DNA of 47,513 bases from the NCBI GenBank assembly GCA_016748015.1, contig JAAOMT010000761.1, forward strand, positions 1 to 47,513. Reading direction: 5' to 3'. The translations under genes and the position numbers were made by a program. The notes beneath the pieces were generated by a model. It saw only the letters and a program-made list of their open reading frames with translations, did not search any database and was not told the origin of the DNA. Source of the DNA: Geosiphon pyriformis uo1. Taxonomy: Eukaryota; Fungi; Glomeromycota. This document shows, piece by piece, positions 1-10,468 of the stretch (its first letter is position 1; each line of letters begins with the position of its first letter).

Positions 1-5
1 CATCT

Positions 6-263
6 CCCTAACCCTAACCCTAACCCTAACCCTAACCCTAACCCTAACCCTAACCCTAACCCTAACCCTAACCCTAACCCTAACCCTATCCCTATCCCTA
101 ACCCTATCCCTATCCCTATCCCTATCCCTATCCCTATCCCTATCCCTATCCCTATCCCTATCCCTATCCCTATCCCTAACCCTATCCCTAACTCTATCCC
201 TATTCCTATCCCTATCCCTATCCCTATCCTTATCCCTATCCCTATCCCTATCCCTATCCCTAA
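6..263. repeat. Telomere (C-rich strand): 13 x CCCTAA distal, then about 30 in-register hexamers, mostly CCCTAT
   Basis: Uninterrupted 6-bp register from 6 to 263 at the window start. CCCTAA runs 6-83; CCCTAT dominates 84-257, with CCCTAA at 96, 174, 186 and 258 and three C>T variants (192, 204, 228). Confidence 0.97.
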
Positions 264-3200
264 TGATCATAAAGCAATTTGGATCATTGCTCCTAGTGGA
301 ATTTCAAGGACAATTTTAAGATTGATTTTGGTAAGGGAATTTGGTTAAAAAACCAAAGTGTCTTTTCCTGAATATTGTAAATTGTATTTAGCATCAATTT
401 CATGTGCTTTTTCTGGTTTTATTCCTTGTCCATTGTTGTTGAAGTATTTAAGTTGTGAAGCAGGCTGATTTTTGATAAGATAGATGGGTATTGTTTCAAT
501 TTCTTCTGTTGCTTCAGGTTCTCTGAATTCAATTTCGTATTCATTGCTTTCACTGGGCAATGGAATACTAAGAGCGTAGCATTCAGGACACCATTGTTTG
601 TCACATAGCATTATACACTCCTCACATAATTTAATGTTCATTTGCTCTAATCATTGAATTTGAACTTCTTGGGTTAAGTAGGTGTGACTTGCGATTTGCT
701 GGTATATTTCTACTTCATCTTCATAATCAAATCCAGCTAATTCCAATGTGTATTCAATATATTCAGCTTCCTTCATTTGAAAAACATCTTCTTTGGTTCC
801 TCCATTAATTAAAACCATGGCAAGTTCATAGATCATTTTGGCGTCATAAGGATAATGATAGAGTTTGCTGAGGATGCTATTGTATGCGGCATTGAAAAGT
901 GTTCCACATTTTACTTTTTCTACAATAGAAAGAGCATATTGACAAGTTTAATCACAGACTCCTCTTCTAAATATAACATCAATCTAGTCACATTCATCAG
1001 GAAGCTGCTTTCCACAAGTAAGACAGGGTGTTCCATTCCATTTTCTGCTTTTTTTGATCAAGTGGCCCTATCGTTCTCGATGGCAAGCCTTGCAATAGTA
1101 GCAGGTGTGACTTTTATATTCTTTCTCAGGTGAAATACAAGCTCCTATTGATGATAGTTTCTTGTGGCAGTTCTTATATTTAAGGGGAATATAGGGGCAT
1201 TGTTTTCTTGGCTCAGTCTTTGAGTAAGAGATATTCCATCCAGGAGTTTTGGGTTCAGAGTGTGGGATAAAATGTTCTTGTTCAGTTTCATTGGCCCAAT
1301 TGGATGTTGACCCAAGAGCCATGAATGTTTCGATTATTAGTTTTTCTTTTTCTGGTTCGAATTCAAAAGCTGGGGCTTTTTTGGAGTGTTTGTTGAATGT
1401 ACCACAAGTGGCAGGTACTCGGGCATGTTGTCCTTGGTAAGAGATTTGTAGTTCTTGGGTTTCTCAGTCTAATTTTGCATTGGTTTTATGAAGCCAGTCA
1501 TTTCCGACAAGGGCTTAATACTGAGAAGTGTTCATTACAAGGACTTTGACTGGAATGGTGATTCCATCAAAAGTGAATAGAAAATTGTCAATTTCTCCTA
1601 CTGGAGTCTTTTTCATGCCATCAGCAGTGACAATTACTGTTTGAGCTGATCAGTCAACATTTCTCTTTAACTGTTGTATCAACTGGTAAGTAATAATACT
1701 TCCAGCAGATCCACTGTCTAGGATTAAACAAATTGTTTTTCCTTCAACTTCAGCTTCAGTATACATAGCTGTGATTGCTTTCTGTTCATTTGCAGCAGCA
1801 TTGCTGAGTAGAAATGGTAATTCATTGGCTTCGAACTCGAAAGGAAAGATATCAGAGAGATTGGCATTTTTAGCAATTCTGGCTGGTAGAATAGTGGTGT
1901 GGTTATGAGAAAAATTTTGTTGTTGTGCTGCAGCTCTACCTTCCGAGAGTACAATATGGTGAAAATTCTGTTCTTTTGGCATTGTTAAATAATTGGGTTG
2001 AGTGTGATAGTGGTTGGGTCTTGGTTGAGTAGAAATTTGGGGAACTAATTGGTTGTTTGAACTAATTCTATTGTTGTTTACTTGGTATCAGTTTTGTGGT
2101 GTGAATTGATTTTGTGTAATCAATCTTTGAGCAGGCACTTGATAATGTTGTGTGAGTGGTTGTTGGTATTGCTGTTAAATTGGCTGTAGGGCAGACTGAT
2201 AATAGTTATTTTGGTATTGGGGTCTTAATAGATAGTAAGCTGGTAATGGTGGTTAATAATAAGATTGCTGTGGTGGAAAGTAACGTTAGTTACTCCTATT
2301 TTGTTGGTCTCATTGTAGCTTTCTGCAATCTCTTTTCCAGTGGTCAGGGATTCCACAATAATGGCAATTTTGGATTTGGTTGTTGGATGGTGGTCTGAAG
2401 TTGTTTTGGTTGTATTGTTGTGGGGGTTGGTATCTTTGTGGTTGTTGTGATTGCTGCGGCTGCTGTTGTTGCTGTTGGTTGGTAAAGTAGTTTTCAACTT
2501 TCTTGGTTAATTGGTTAATCTTTTTTTCAGCTGCTGAGCTGGTTTCTCCAATAGCCAGGTTAACAAGTTTGGTATGATTAACTTCTTCTATGGCCATCTC
2601 ATAGTTTTTTGCCTGTTGAATAGCAGTGGCTAAATTTTCTGGTACATGTGGACAAACTTTCTTGATAAGTTTGTCTTTTAGTCCCGCAATGAATTAATCC
2701 AAGATTTGTGCATTGAAATAGTATTCATTGGTTTCCAATTGGCAAATTCTTCTAAGCAGTTTGTTGAATTTTCCAAGATAGGTTATAACTGATTTACTTG
2801 GTTCTTGCTTGATATTTCGGAACCAATTTTGAAAGATAATGGAAGTGTTATTGTCAGTGAACTGTTCTAGAAAAGCAGTTTTGAATGCTTCCCAGTTTTT
2901 TGGTAGGACTTCCAAGTTTTCAAACCATTCACCAGCCATTCCTTATAAGAAATATGGAATTGCTTTTAACATTCTGGCAGCATTCTAACCATTTGCATCT
3001 CCTGCTTTTGAGATTTTGTCAAGCCATTCTTGAGGACTGGTTTCGCTGTCTTCTCCTGTAAACTCAGGAATTTTTGCAATATATGTGGAAGCCATTTTTT
3101 CTTCATTTTCAATGTCCTTTGTTTCTACTTTTGCTTTAGTTTTTTTACTTTCCAAGCTTCCTGAATGATTACTTTTGTTTTCCTGTAGGTAATCGAGAAG

Positions 3201-3857
3201 GTTGGTGTTAGTTAATACTGGTTTTTGCTGTTGAGTAGGCTTTTTTTGTGAGGTGAAATCTTCTGGTCTTGAAAATCGAATAAGAGATGAATTTGGTGTT
3301 TGTGATTGAGCAAGTGAAATTGGAAATAGTGTAATAGAAAGTGGTAATTTGACACTGGTTCCTTGTTCAGATGTTCGCAAGTGTTTGGCAGTTGTCTTTG
3401 TCAGTATTGGAGTGTTTAGAGTGGTTTTTGAGTGTTGTTTTGCTTTTTGTTTGCCTTTGTTGCTTGTTTCTGTTTTTGATTCAAAGTCAAAAGTGTATTT
3501 GGACTGCACTGGATATTTTTCTTCATAATACTTGATAATGTTATAATTGAGTTCTTGAAAGTAGGTGGCAAGTGTTTCACTGTTAAGGTCTTCAGTTTTT
3601 AATTGTGAATAGTACACTAAATTATTGTAGAGGTCACTCCTAACTTCTAAAATGTTGTAATTTCCAAGAAGATAATTGTTGATACGATTTTCAATATATA
3701 GGTAAAGTGTTCTCTTGACAATTTCAATTCTGTCTGAAATGTTGAATCTTTGTTTACAATGGGTGTAAATTGACTGGTAATACTCTAGAGTTGCTGTGTC
3801 TGGTGTGGTTGCCACTTTGAATTTTGTTGTTGCTGTGTTATTTCTATGGAAGAGCAC
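264..3857 (-). pseudogene. Gag-protease-Cys-rich-dUTPase(N-terminal part) polyprotein with premature stops
   Basis: ORF pieces 2985-3857, 2694-2939, 2310-2597, 1650-1982, 1068-1322, 651-836 and 345-641 share one frame. Capsid start YIAKIPEFTGED..PQEWLD; zinc knuckle CHYCGIPDHWKRDC; aspartic protease LILDSGSAGSII; dUTPase motif 1 remnant AHEIDAKYNL. Confidence 0.9.
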
Positions 3858-3859
3858 TA
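3844..3859 (-). promoter_or_regulatory. Putative primer-binding site (consensus TGGTGCTCTTC)
   Basis: Lies 2 nt after the LTR end TAACA. Similar sequence follows the 5' LTRs at 18497, at about 42657 (minus) and at about 16427 (minus). The priming tRNA cannot be assigned. Confidence 0.65.
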
Positions 3860-3861
3860 AA

Positions 3862-4849
3862 TGTTACTAGAGATTTTTGGTCTCTTTTTTTAAATGTTGT
3901 TGATGCCTGTTTGCTGTAAATTCACGTTTTCTGGATGTGATTGAATCTCCAGTAACTGAATTTATTTTCAAATTATCTCCTATAATTTGAACTGCTGGAT
4001 TTATGAATGAAATGGCTAATTTCATGCCAGTTACTTTGTATAGTTATATTGTAGTAAATGTCAACTCTTTCCCAGGAATTGCTTATCTGGAAGCTCACTA
4101 AGAATGTGTAGTTACTTTGCTGTAAAAGTCAACTCTTCTATAGGAATCTCATCTGTAGGCTACTCTAATGATTATAATAAAAAAATAAAAGAATTGTAAA
4201 AGAAATAGAATTCTGTTAAGAGAAACGTTTTCTATCCAGACCTGGAGTCATTAACAGTTTTACTGAAATTAGTAGCTAATTAATTTCAAAACATTAGTTG
4301 GATTTTGGGGATTTTCCAAGTGCAATAATTAAAAAATTTGGTTTTTTAAATTATTTGATATTTATTTCTTTTTGTGTATGTAGAAATGGTTCTAAGTAAT
4401 AAATCTAAAGTAAGATATATTTTCTCAAAAAGAAAAGCTCTTTTTTTATACAACTTGTTGTAACACTATTCCATGAACTTAAACTTTGCTCTTTTCTACA
4501 ATTTTGCTGAATTAAAGATATATTTTGGCGAACTACAAGTTATTTCTGCAAACTATTAGATATTTTGGTGAACTATCAATTATTTTGGTGAACTATTAAT
4601 TATTTCGGTGAATTTCTACAAATTTTGTAAACTTTTAAATGCTACATATTTCGGGGTATTGCATAATTAATCATCGCACTTAAGTTACATTTGTGTTATG
4701 TACAAATTGGGTTATTAATTAAATGATAATTTCGGACATTTTGCTAATGTAATAAGTAATAATTTGAAACGATAATATATGCTAATTAATGATAAGATTT
4801 ATAAGGGTAATTTCATGCTAAACAATATTTCTAATTTTGTCTGGTAACA
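3862..4849 (-). repeat. 5' LTR, family A (about 990 bp)
   Basis: Termini TGTTACCAG...CTAGTAACA; homologous to 12922-13875, 17514-18494, 33745-34728 and 42660-43627; internal ~20-bp repeats TATTTTGGTGAACTA at about 4520-4620. Confidence 0.92.
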
Positions 4850-6098
4850 ATGCTTACTGTGTTCCATCAATAGAGCATAATTTTATCAGAAAAAAAGTTC
4901 AAAGCATGTTGGAAAAAGAAATAATCTAACTATCAATGAGCCCATAGTCCTCACCAGTTGTTTTAGTAAGGAAAAAAAATGGAAAAATTAGATTTTGTGT
5001 CAACTATTACAAACTAAACAGCAAAACAACCAAAGACTTATACCCAATACCATTAATTAACAAAATTTTTGACATTTTTGGAGGAGCAAAATGGTTTTCT
5101 ATACTGGATTTGACCAGTGGGTACTAACAAATGGAAATGGACTCAAAAGACAGGCATAAAACAGCATTCACAACACAAAATGGCAATTATGAATTCAATG
5201 TAATGCCATTTGGATTGACAAATACTTCTGCAATATTCCAAAGACTAATAGACATAATTTACTCTGGAATTCTGTGGCAATTTGTTGTTGTCTACTTAAA
5301 TGATATAAATGTTTTCTTGTCAAAATTCACAGATTATCTCCAATATTTGCAACAAGTTTTTGAGAGATTGAAACATGCTGGACTTAAACTAAATCTACAA
5401 AAATGTTTCTTTGGAAAAAATGAGCTAGCATTTTTAGGACATGTAGTTAGAAAAGATGGAATAAAACCAGTCACATAAAAATAGACAAAGTGAAAAATTT
5501 TCTAGTATCTCAAAACGTTTCAGAAGTTAGAAGCTTTTTAGGACTTGTATTTTACTACCACCACTTTGTAGAAAACTTTTTAAACATTGCCAAACTCCTT
5601 AATTACCTACTATCTAAAAATGTGAAATTTGAATGAATTAAAGCACAACAAAAAGCTTTTGAGTACCTTAAACAAAAGCTTATTAAATCACCAATAATGA
5701 TCTATCCGAATTTTAACAAGAAATTTATTTTGGCCACAAATGTCTCTGGAACTGGACTTGGAGCTATTCTGTTACAAAAAAATAATAATGAAAGAGAACG
5801 TGTAATTGCTTATGCCAGCAGAAGTCTCAGTATGGCAAAGCAAAACTATGCAGCACATGAACTTAAATGCTTAGTAGTAGTCTGGAGTTGTGTTTACTTT
5901 GACACATATTTATGGTACCAACTCTTTGAGATTATCACAGATCATAGAAATCTGATCTGGTTAAATAACAAGAAAGTGTTAAAAGGAAAATATGCCAGAT
6001 GGTCACAAATGTTAGCATTATACAATTATATTATCAAATACAAAGAAGGTACCAAAAATACTAATGCTGACTGTTTGTCAAGAATAAGACACACATAA
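4850..6098 (+). pseudogene. Reverse transcriptase and RNase H (decayed)
   Basis: SSPVVLVRKKNGKIRFCV, KTAFTT..YEFNVMPFGL and VVYLNDI (YLDD mutated); RNase H FILATNVSGTGLGAIL, YASRSL, TDH and NADCLSR. Confidence 0.93.
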
Positions 6099-6127
6099 AA
6101 ATCACCAATCCACTCACCACAACAACA

Positions 6128-7508
6128 ATGAACAACCACCTTTACAAAAACCTCAGCCAATACTTGGAAACATTACAAATAGATGAAGAAATGCCAGTAA
6201 AAAAGCTAATTAAGCTCCAAAAATTAGCAAAACACTATTTCATCCAAAATCACATATTTTATTACCAGAATCAACAAAATCCAGATAATCTATTAAGAGT
6301 TATAACCATAGATAAAAAAAAAACTATCTTATTTAACATGTATTCAGATATTTATTTAGGCCACTTTAGAAAAACAGCAACCATCCAACGTGCAACTAGC
6401 CGTTACTATTGGCCAAAAATGAGTTCAGACATAATCTAATACATAAAAAATTGTGACCCATGCCAATGAAAAGAAGGAGCAAAAACAACAGAATTATTAA
6501 GACCAATAAAAGTTAGACAGCCATTTGACAGAATTAAAATTGATTTAGTTGGACTCTTATCAATAACAACAAGAAACAACTATTATATTGCAGTAGCTGT
6601 GGACTATTTTACTAAATAGCCAGAAGTTAGAGCTATTAAAACAGCTAATACTATTTCTGTAGCTCAATTTGTACATGAAGACTTAATTTACTGGCATGGA
6701 TGTCTACAAGAATTGCTATTAGATCAAGGCACACACTTCGTAAACAGCACCTTAAAAGAACTTAGCCAAAAATTTGGAATCAAGCAACCACTGTCATCAT
6801 CATACCACCCACAAACAAATGGATTAGTTGAAAGATTTAATCATACATTATGCAAATTACTGGCAAAAATTAGTAATGAACATGAAAAAGAATGAGATTT
6901 GTTCATACTAGCAGTACTACTAACATATAGAACAGTAAAACAAGATACTACACAATTCACACCATTTGAACTAGTTTATGAAAGAAAAGCCATATTACCA
7001 GTTGAACTTACTATCCCAACTTATCTAAGTGACACTATCACTGAAGCAACATTCTAGAAAACACTACTTAAAAGAACATACGAATTAATGAGAACTTTAG
7101 AAAACAAAAGAAAAAAAGCAGCACAAAATATTAAACAATCACAAGAACAACAAAAAGTGAGACATGATAACCAATTACCAGATAATATAATTAGCTACAA
7201 AATTGGAAATAAAATATTGTTGCATCGCACAAAAATGGAAAAACAATGGAGTAGAAAATTTGATCACAAGTGGGATAGACCATTTTATATTCACAAAATA
7301 CTTGAAAATAGAGCATACAAGTTAAGACTAGATGATAAAATATTAAGAAAAGCAGCACATAGTAATCAGCTGAAATTCTATTACAGTAAACCAGTAATAA
7401 CAACAAAGACACTCAGAATTGGAACACAATTATCTTTAATTCTACCAGAACAAATTCCATGAGATTTAGAACTAATAGTTTTAATTGAACATTATTCAAA
7501 AAGATAAT
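6128..7508 (+). pseudogene. Integrase (HHCC, DDE, GPF/Y motif), decayed
   Basis: GH...YYWP...CDPC; IDLVG, LDQGTHF and NGLVERFN; KWDRPFYI (GPF motif). Confidence 0.92.
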
Positions 7509-8180
7509 TAATCTTAGATCACAGCAAAAATGATTTAACAACCATAAAAACGTATGCAAAAGATTCTAAAATAGCAGTCAAAATTAAAACAATGATACTT
7601 ATTCCAGAAAACATCAACAATATAACTTAATAATTAGTTGAAAGCTTACAATACTTAAAATCCGATCTGGAAATCACAGTTAATAGCTCCAAAATAACAT
7701 ACATAAAAAGAACAATAGAAAATCCAAAAACAAGAAAAGAACATAATTTTGAACCATATAATATTACTAAAAATAACAACAAATTTATCAGCAAAGTTAT
7801 TGAAAAATTAGAAATAGCATTGGGCAATATATTAATAATGGAAGAAATAAAAATAAGTAAATTAACACCAGACACATTTAGCAACTTGAAAACGAAATTT
7901 CCAATTAACTACTGTTATTATCAACTAGGAAAGCACTTGAACATACAAACATTATACTCAAAAGATTTAACTAGAGTGTTTGACAAAACAACTATCCAAC
8001 TATTAGAACCTTTCATTGAAAAAACCAACACTACATTCCATTCAAAAACAGTTTACAGAATTTTCAAAGCATTTGAAAACTGTCACAAACTATTGTTAAA
8101 CCAACTTGCAATTTCAAGAATTACAACAACAAATTAATAACACAGTATTAAACTACTATAGTAACTTAGAATTTAATGAA
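7509..8180 (+). pseudogene. ORF3: unknown ORF or domain between integrase and PPT
   Basis: A reading frame of about 210 codons containing ORF 7820-8137; homologous to segments at about 12520-12900, 21330-21980, 22859-23460 and 34760-35450. Confidence 0.7.
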
Positions 8181-8229
8181 GAAATTAACTTCAATTTCAA
8201 TGGAGCTCAATCTTGAAAGGAGGGGATAA

Positions 8230-9107
8230 TATTACGGTTTAAGAATTTAGCAAAAGAATCATAAAAATAATATAAACTATTCAATCATAATATAGTGCAG
8301 TAATAATCTTAGAAAGATAATGATTAACATAGTAGCAAACACCATCTTGCAATAGTGGCAAGCACCAGTTCACAATAACAGCCAACACCAACTGGTGATA
8401 GCAGCAAACACCAGGTTGAAATATCAAAAAGAAAGTATTACAATGTGTTTTCTTGTAGAACTACAAACATATATATATACAGTAGCTTTAATATTAAGAA
8501 AAGTCAATCAAGTAATAAAAAAAATTATAACTTATCAAGCAATAGATCTAATTTAGCCAACAAACTCCACTTTAATTATCTTCTAGTCTTTACTTTTAAA
8601 AATAAATATCTACAAAAACTTTTAATCAAAAAGAAATAAAAAAGAATATTGAAAACTGAATTCAATGTGTTAAGAAACTTACTTGTATTATTTATTGAAT
8701 GAAACTATCATTTATCAGCTGAATCTCTTGGAAGAATAATCTCTGATCAAGATTATTCACATTGTTACTAATTGATAAAAGCTTTATTGTGAGAATTAGG
8801 AAAAGTGCTAAAGACCATTAACATTCCATGTTTTTAGATTAGAAAAACACATTAAGCAATTGTAAGGATAGTTTCAGAGAAGACCCCAAACAGTGGGTAG
8901 ATTTCAGTTTAGCCTCTGAGAAGAAGTACATAAACACACACAACAATCAAAAATTGAGAAATAACTTACATCATGACATTAAAAAGAAAGTTTTCAGTAG
9001 AACAAGTAACATTATCACACAAATAGAATTGAGGAACTTATGAGAGACTGATTGTAATTAAATGGAATATCGGCAATTAAATATACTAAGAAAACCATCC
9101 TGTAATA
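8230..9107 (+). repeat. 3' LTR, family C
   Basis: Starts TATTACGG right after the PPT and ends CTGTAATA (decayed TGTTAC...GTAACA); family A LTR sequence begins at 9108. Only one copy in the window. Confidence 0.7.
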
Positions 9108-10468
9108 GTGGCTAATTAATTTGAAAAATGTTAATTGGGTTTTGGAAATTTCAGATATAATTATTAAAAATTTTTGAGTTTGAATATTTAATTTTTATTT
9201 AATTTTTTAAAAATGTGTAAGAGATGATTAATTTTACTTAAAATATTTGAAGTAAAATACATTTTTTTGAAGAAAAAAGCTTTTTTTTATACAATTTGTT
9301 CTAGTATTAGTCTTTAAACTTGCACTTTTTTTTTGCTATAATTTTGGTAAACTAAAAATACATTTCGGTATTACTCATAGAATATAAAAAATATAGTATT
9401 ATTAGTCAGTAGATATTACCCAATCAGATATAGACATAGTAAATGTAGAATTCCAGGATTTCTCTCAAAGGAATTGCAGGATTCCAGAAATTTCAGGATT
9501 CCTTGACAAAAAATCACAGGATTCCAGGATTTCTGTCATAAAAAATTGAGGAATTGAGGAATCTCAATTATGTATATATAGCAGTAGGATTAAAAGCTGA
9601 AAAGACAGACCTCTCAAGTTTAAATTTAATCTAAGCAACTTTCCAAATCACAATCATTTAATAAATAACTATTTGTTATCTCAAATCCATTTTCACTATC
9701 AACACTTTATGTTGATAGTAATTGACACTTAACCACACTGGAACAATATCTCTTGATCATGGCTATTGACAGAATACTAACTTGCAAATTGCCTTGGCTT
9801 ATTTTTTTTCTTTCTTTATTTTCTTTTCTTTTTTTTATTTTCTTGCTTTGATTTTATTGTTGTTTACTAACTCTATTGAGGATTAACGTGCGAGACACTG
9901 ACTTCAGAATAAAAGTGACTGGTAAAAGACCCAGGAATAAGGGTAAAACACTCGATTGAGAATAGCTTATCAAAAGGAATACCAACCACCAAGCTGAGAA
10001 AGAAATTGACAAAACTGCAGTTTCGGGAAGCTATAGATAAAACTATTATCATTGAATCTCTGTCCATTATACAAAGAACTCAACCAAAACCTTTAGATAC
10101 AAAACTTTCAGATTACTATCAACTGCAACTAAATTTGAGCACCAAGTTACGGGTTTTATTTAATCCAACAACAGAAATAGTCACCTGTAACATTGGCAAA
10201 CTACAAATTATTTTTACAAACTATTGATTATTTCGGCCAATTTCTATTAATTTTGGTAAATTTTTAAATATTAAATGGTTCAGAGTATTGTATAATTTTA
10301 TCATCTTAATTTTTATAATACAAATCGAGTTATTAATTAAATAATAATATTTGATAATTTGATTAAAAAATAAGTAATAATTAAAATGATAATAATATAT
10401 ACTAATTAATAATAAGAATTATAAAAGTAATTCTATGCAAATTAATAGCTAAAATTTTACTAATAACA
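9108..10468 (-). repeat. Family A LTR remnant, interrupted by a solo LTR
   Basis: 9108-9368 and 10193-10468 align in series with about 4270-4849; ends TAATAACA. Confidence 0.85.
9369..10192 (+). repeat. Solo LTR, family B, with 4-bp target-site duplication
   Basis: TATTACTC...CTGTAACA, flanked by TCGG and TTGG (one CpG transition); homologous to 22006-22858, 23483-24268 and 16430-17225. Confidence 0.88.

Larger units (their letters stand above)
264..4849 (-). mobile_element. Ty3/Gypsy LTR retrotransposon, family A; 5' half only, truncated by the telomere
   Basis: 5' LTR, PBS, gag, protease, Cys-rich region and the start of dUTPase; colinear with about 39080-43627. Confidence 0.93.
4850..9107 (+). 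mobile_element. Ty3/Gypsy element, family C; 3' half (RT-RH, IN, ORF3, PPT, 3' LTR)
   Basis: Begins at the start of RT where the family A element inserted. Domain order RT-RH-IN; PPT GAAAGGAGGGGA at 8215-8226. Confidence 0.92.

Noticed and set aside
1-5. CATCT before the telomere repeats
   Set aside because: Five bases at the sequence edge; most likely read-end or consensus noise.
855-2497. ORFs 855-1133, 1249-1440, 2156-2398 and 2225-2497 (and similar ones at 40526-41299, 40752-41006, 40895-41287) as genes
   Set aside because: They are antisense or off-frame shadows of the low-complexity gag-pol frame.
4520-4620. ~20-bp direct repeats as a CRISPR array
   Set aside because: There are no unique spacers or cas genes, the context is eukaryotic, and the repeats recur in the other family A LTRs.
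264-4849. Telomere-specific retrotransposon at the junction
   Set aside because: The join is mid-ORF, not at an LTR end or a poly-A tail, so it reflects truncation rather than targeted insertion.
7509-8180. ORF3 as env or a chromodomain
   Set aside because: No signal peptide, transmembrane anchor or chromodomain aromatic-cage pattern is visible.
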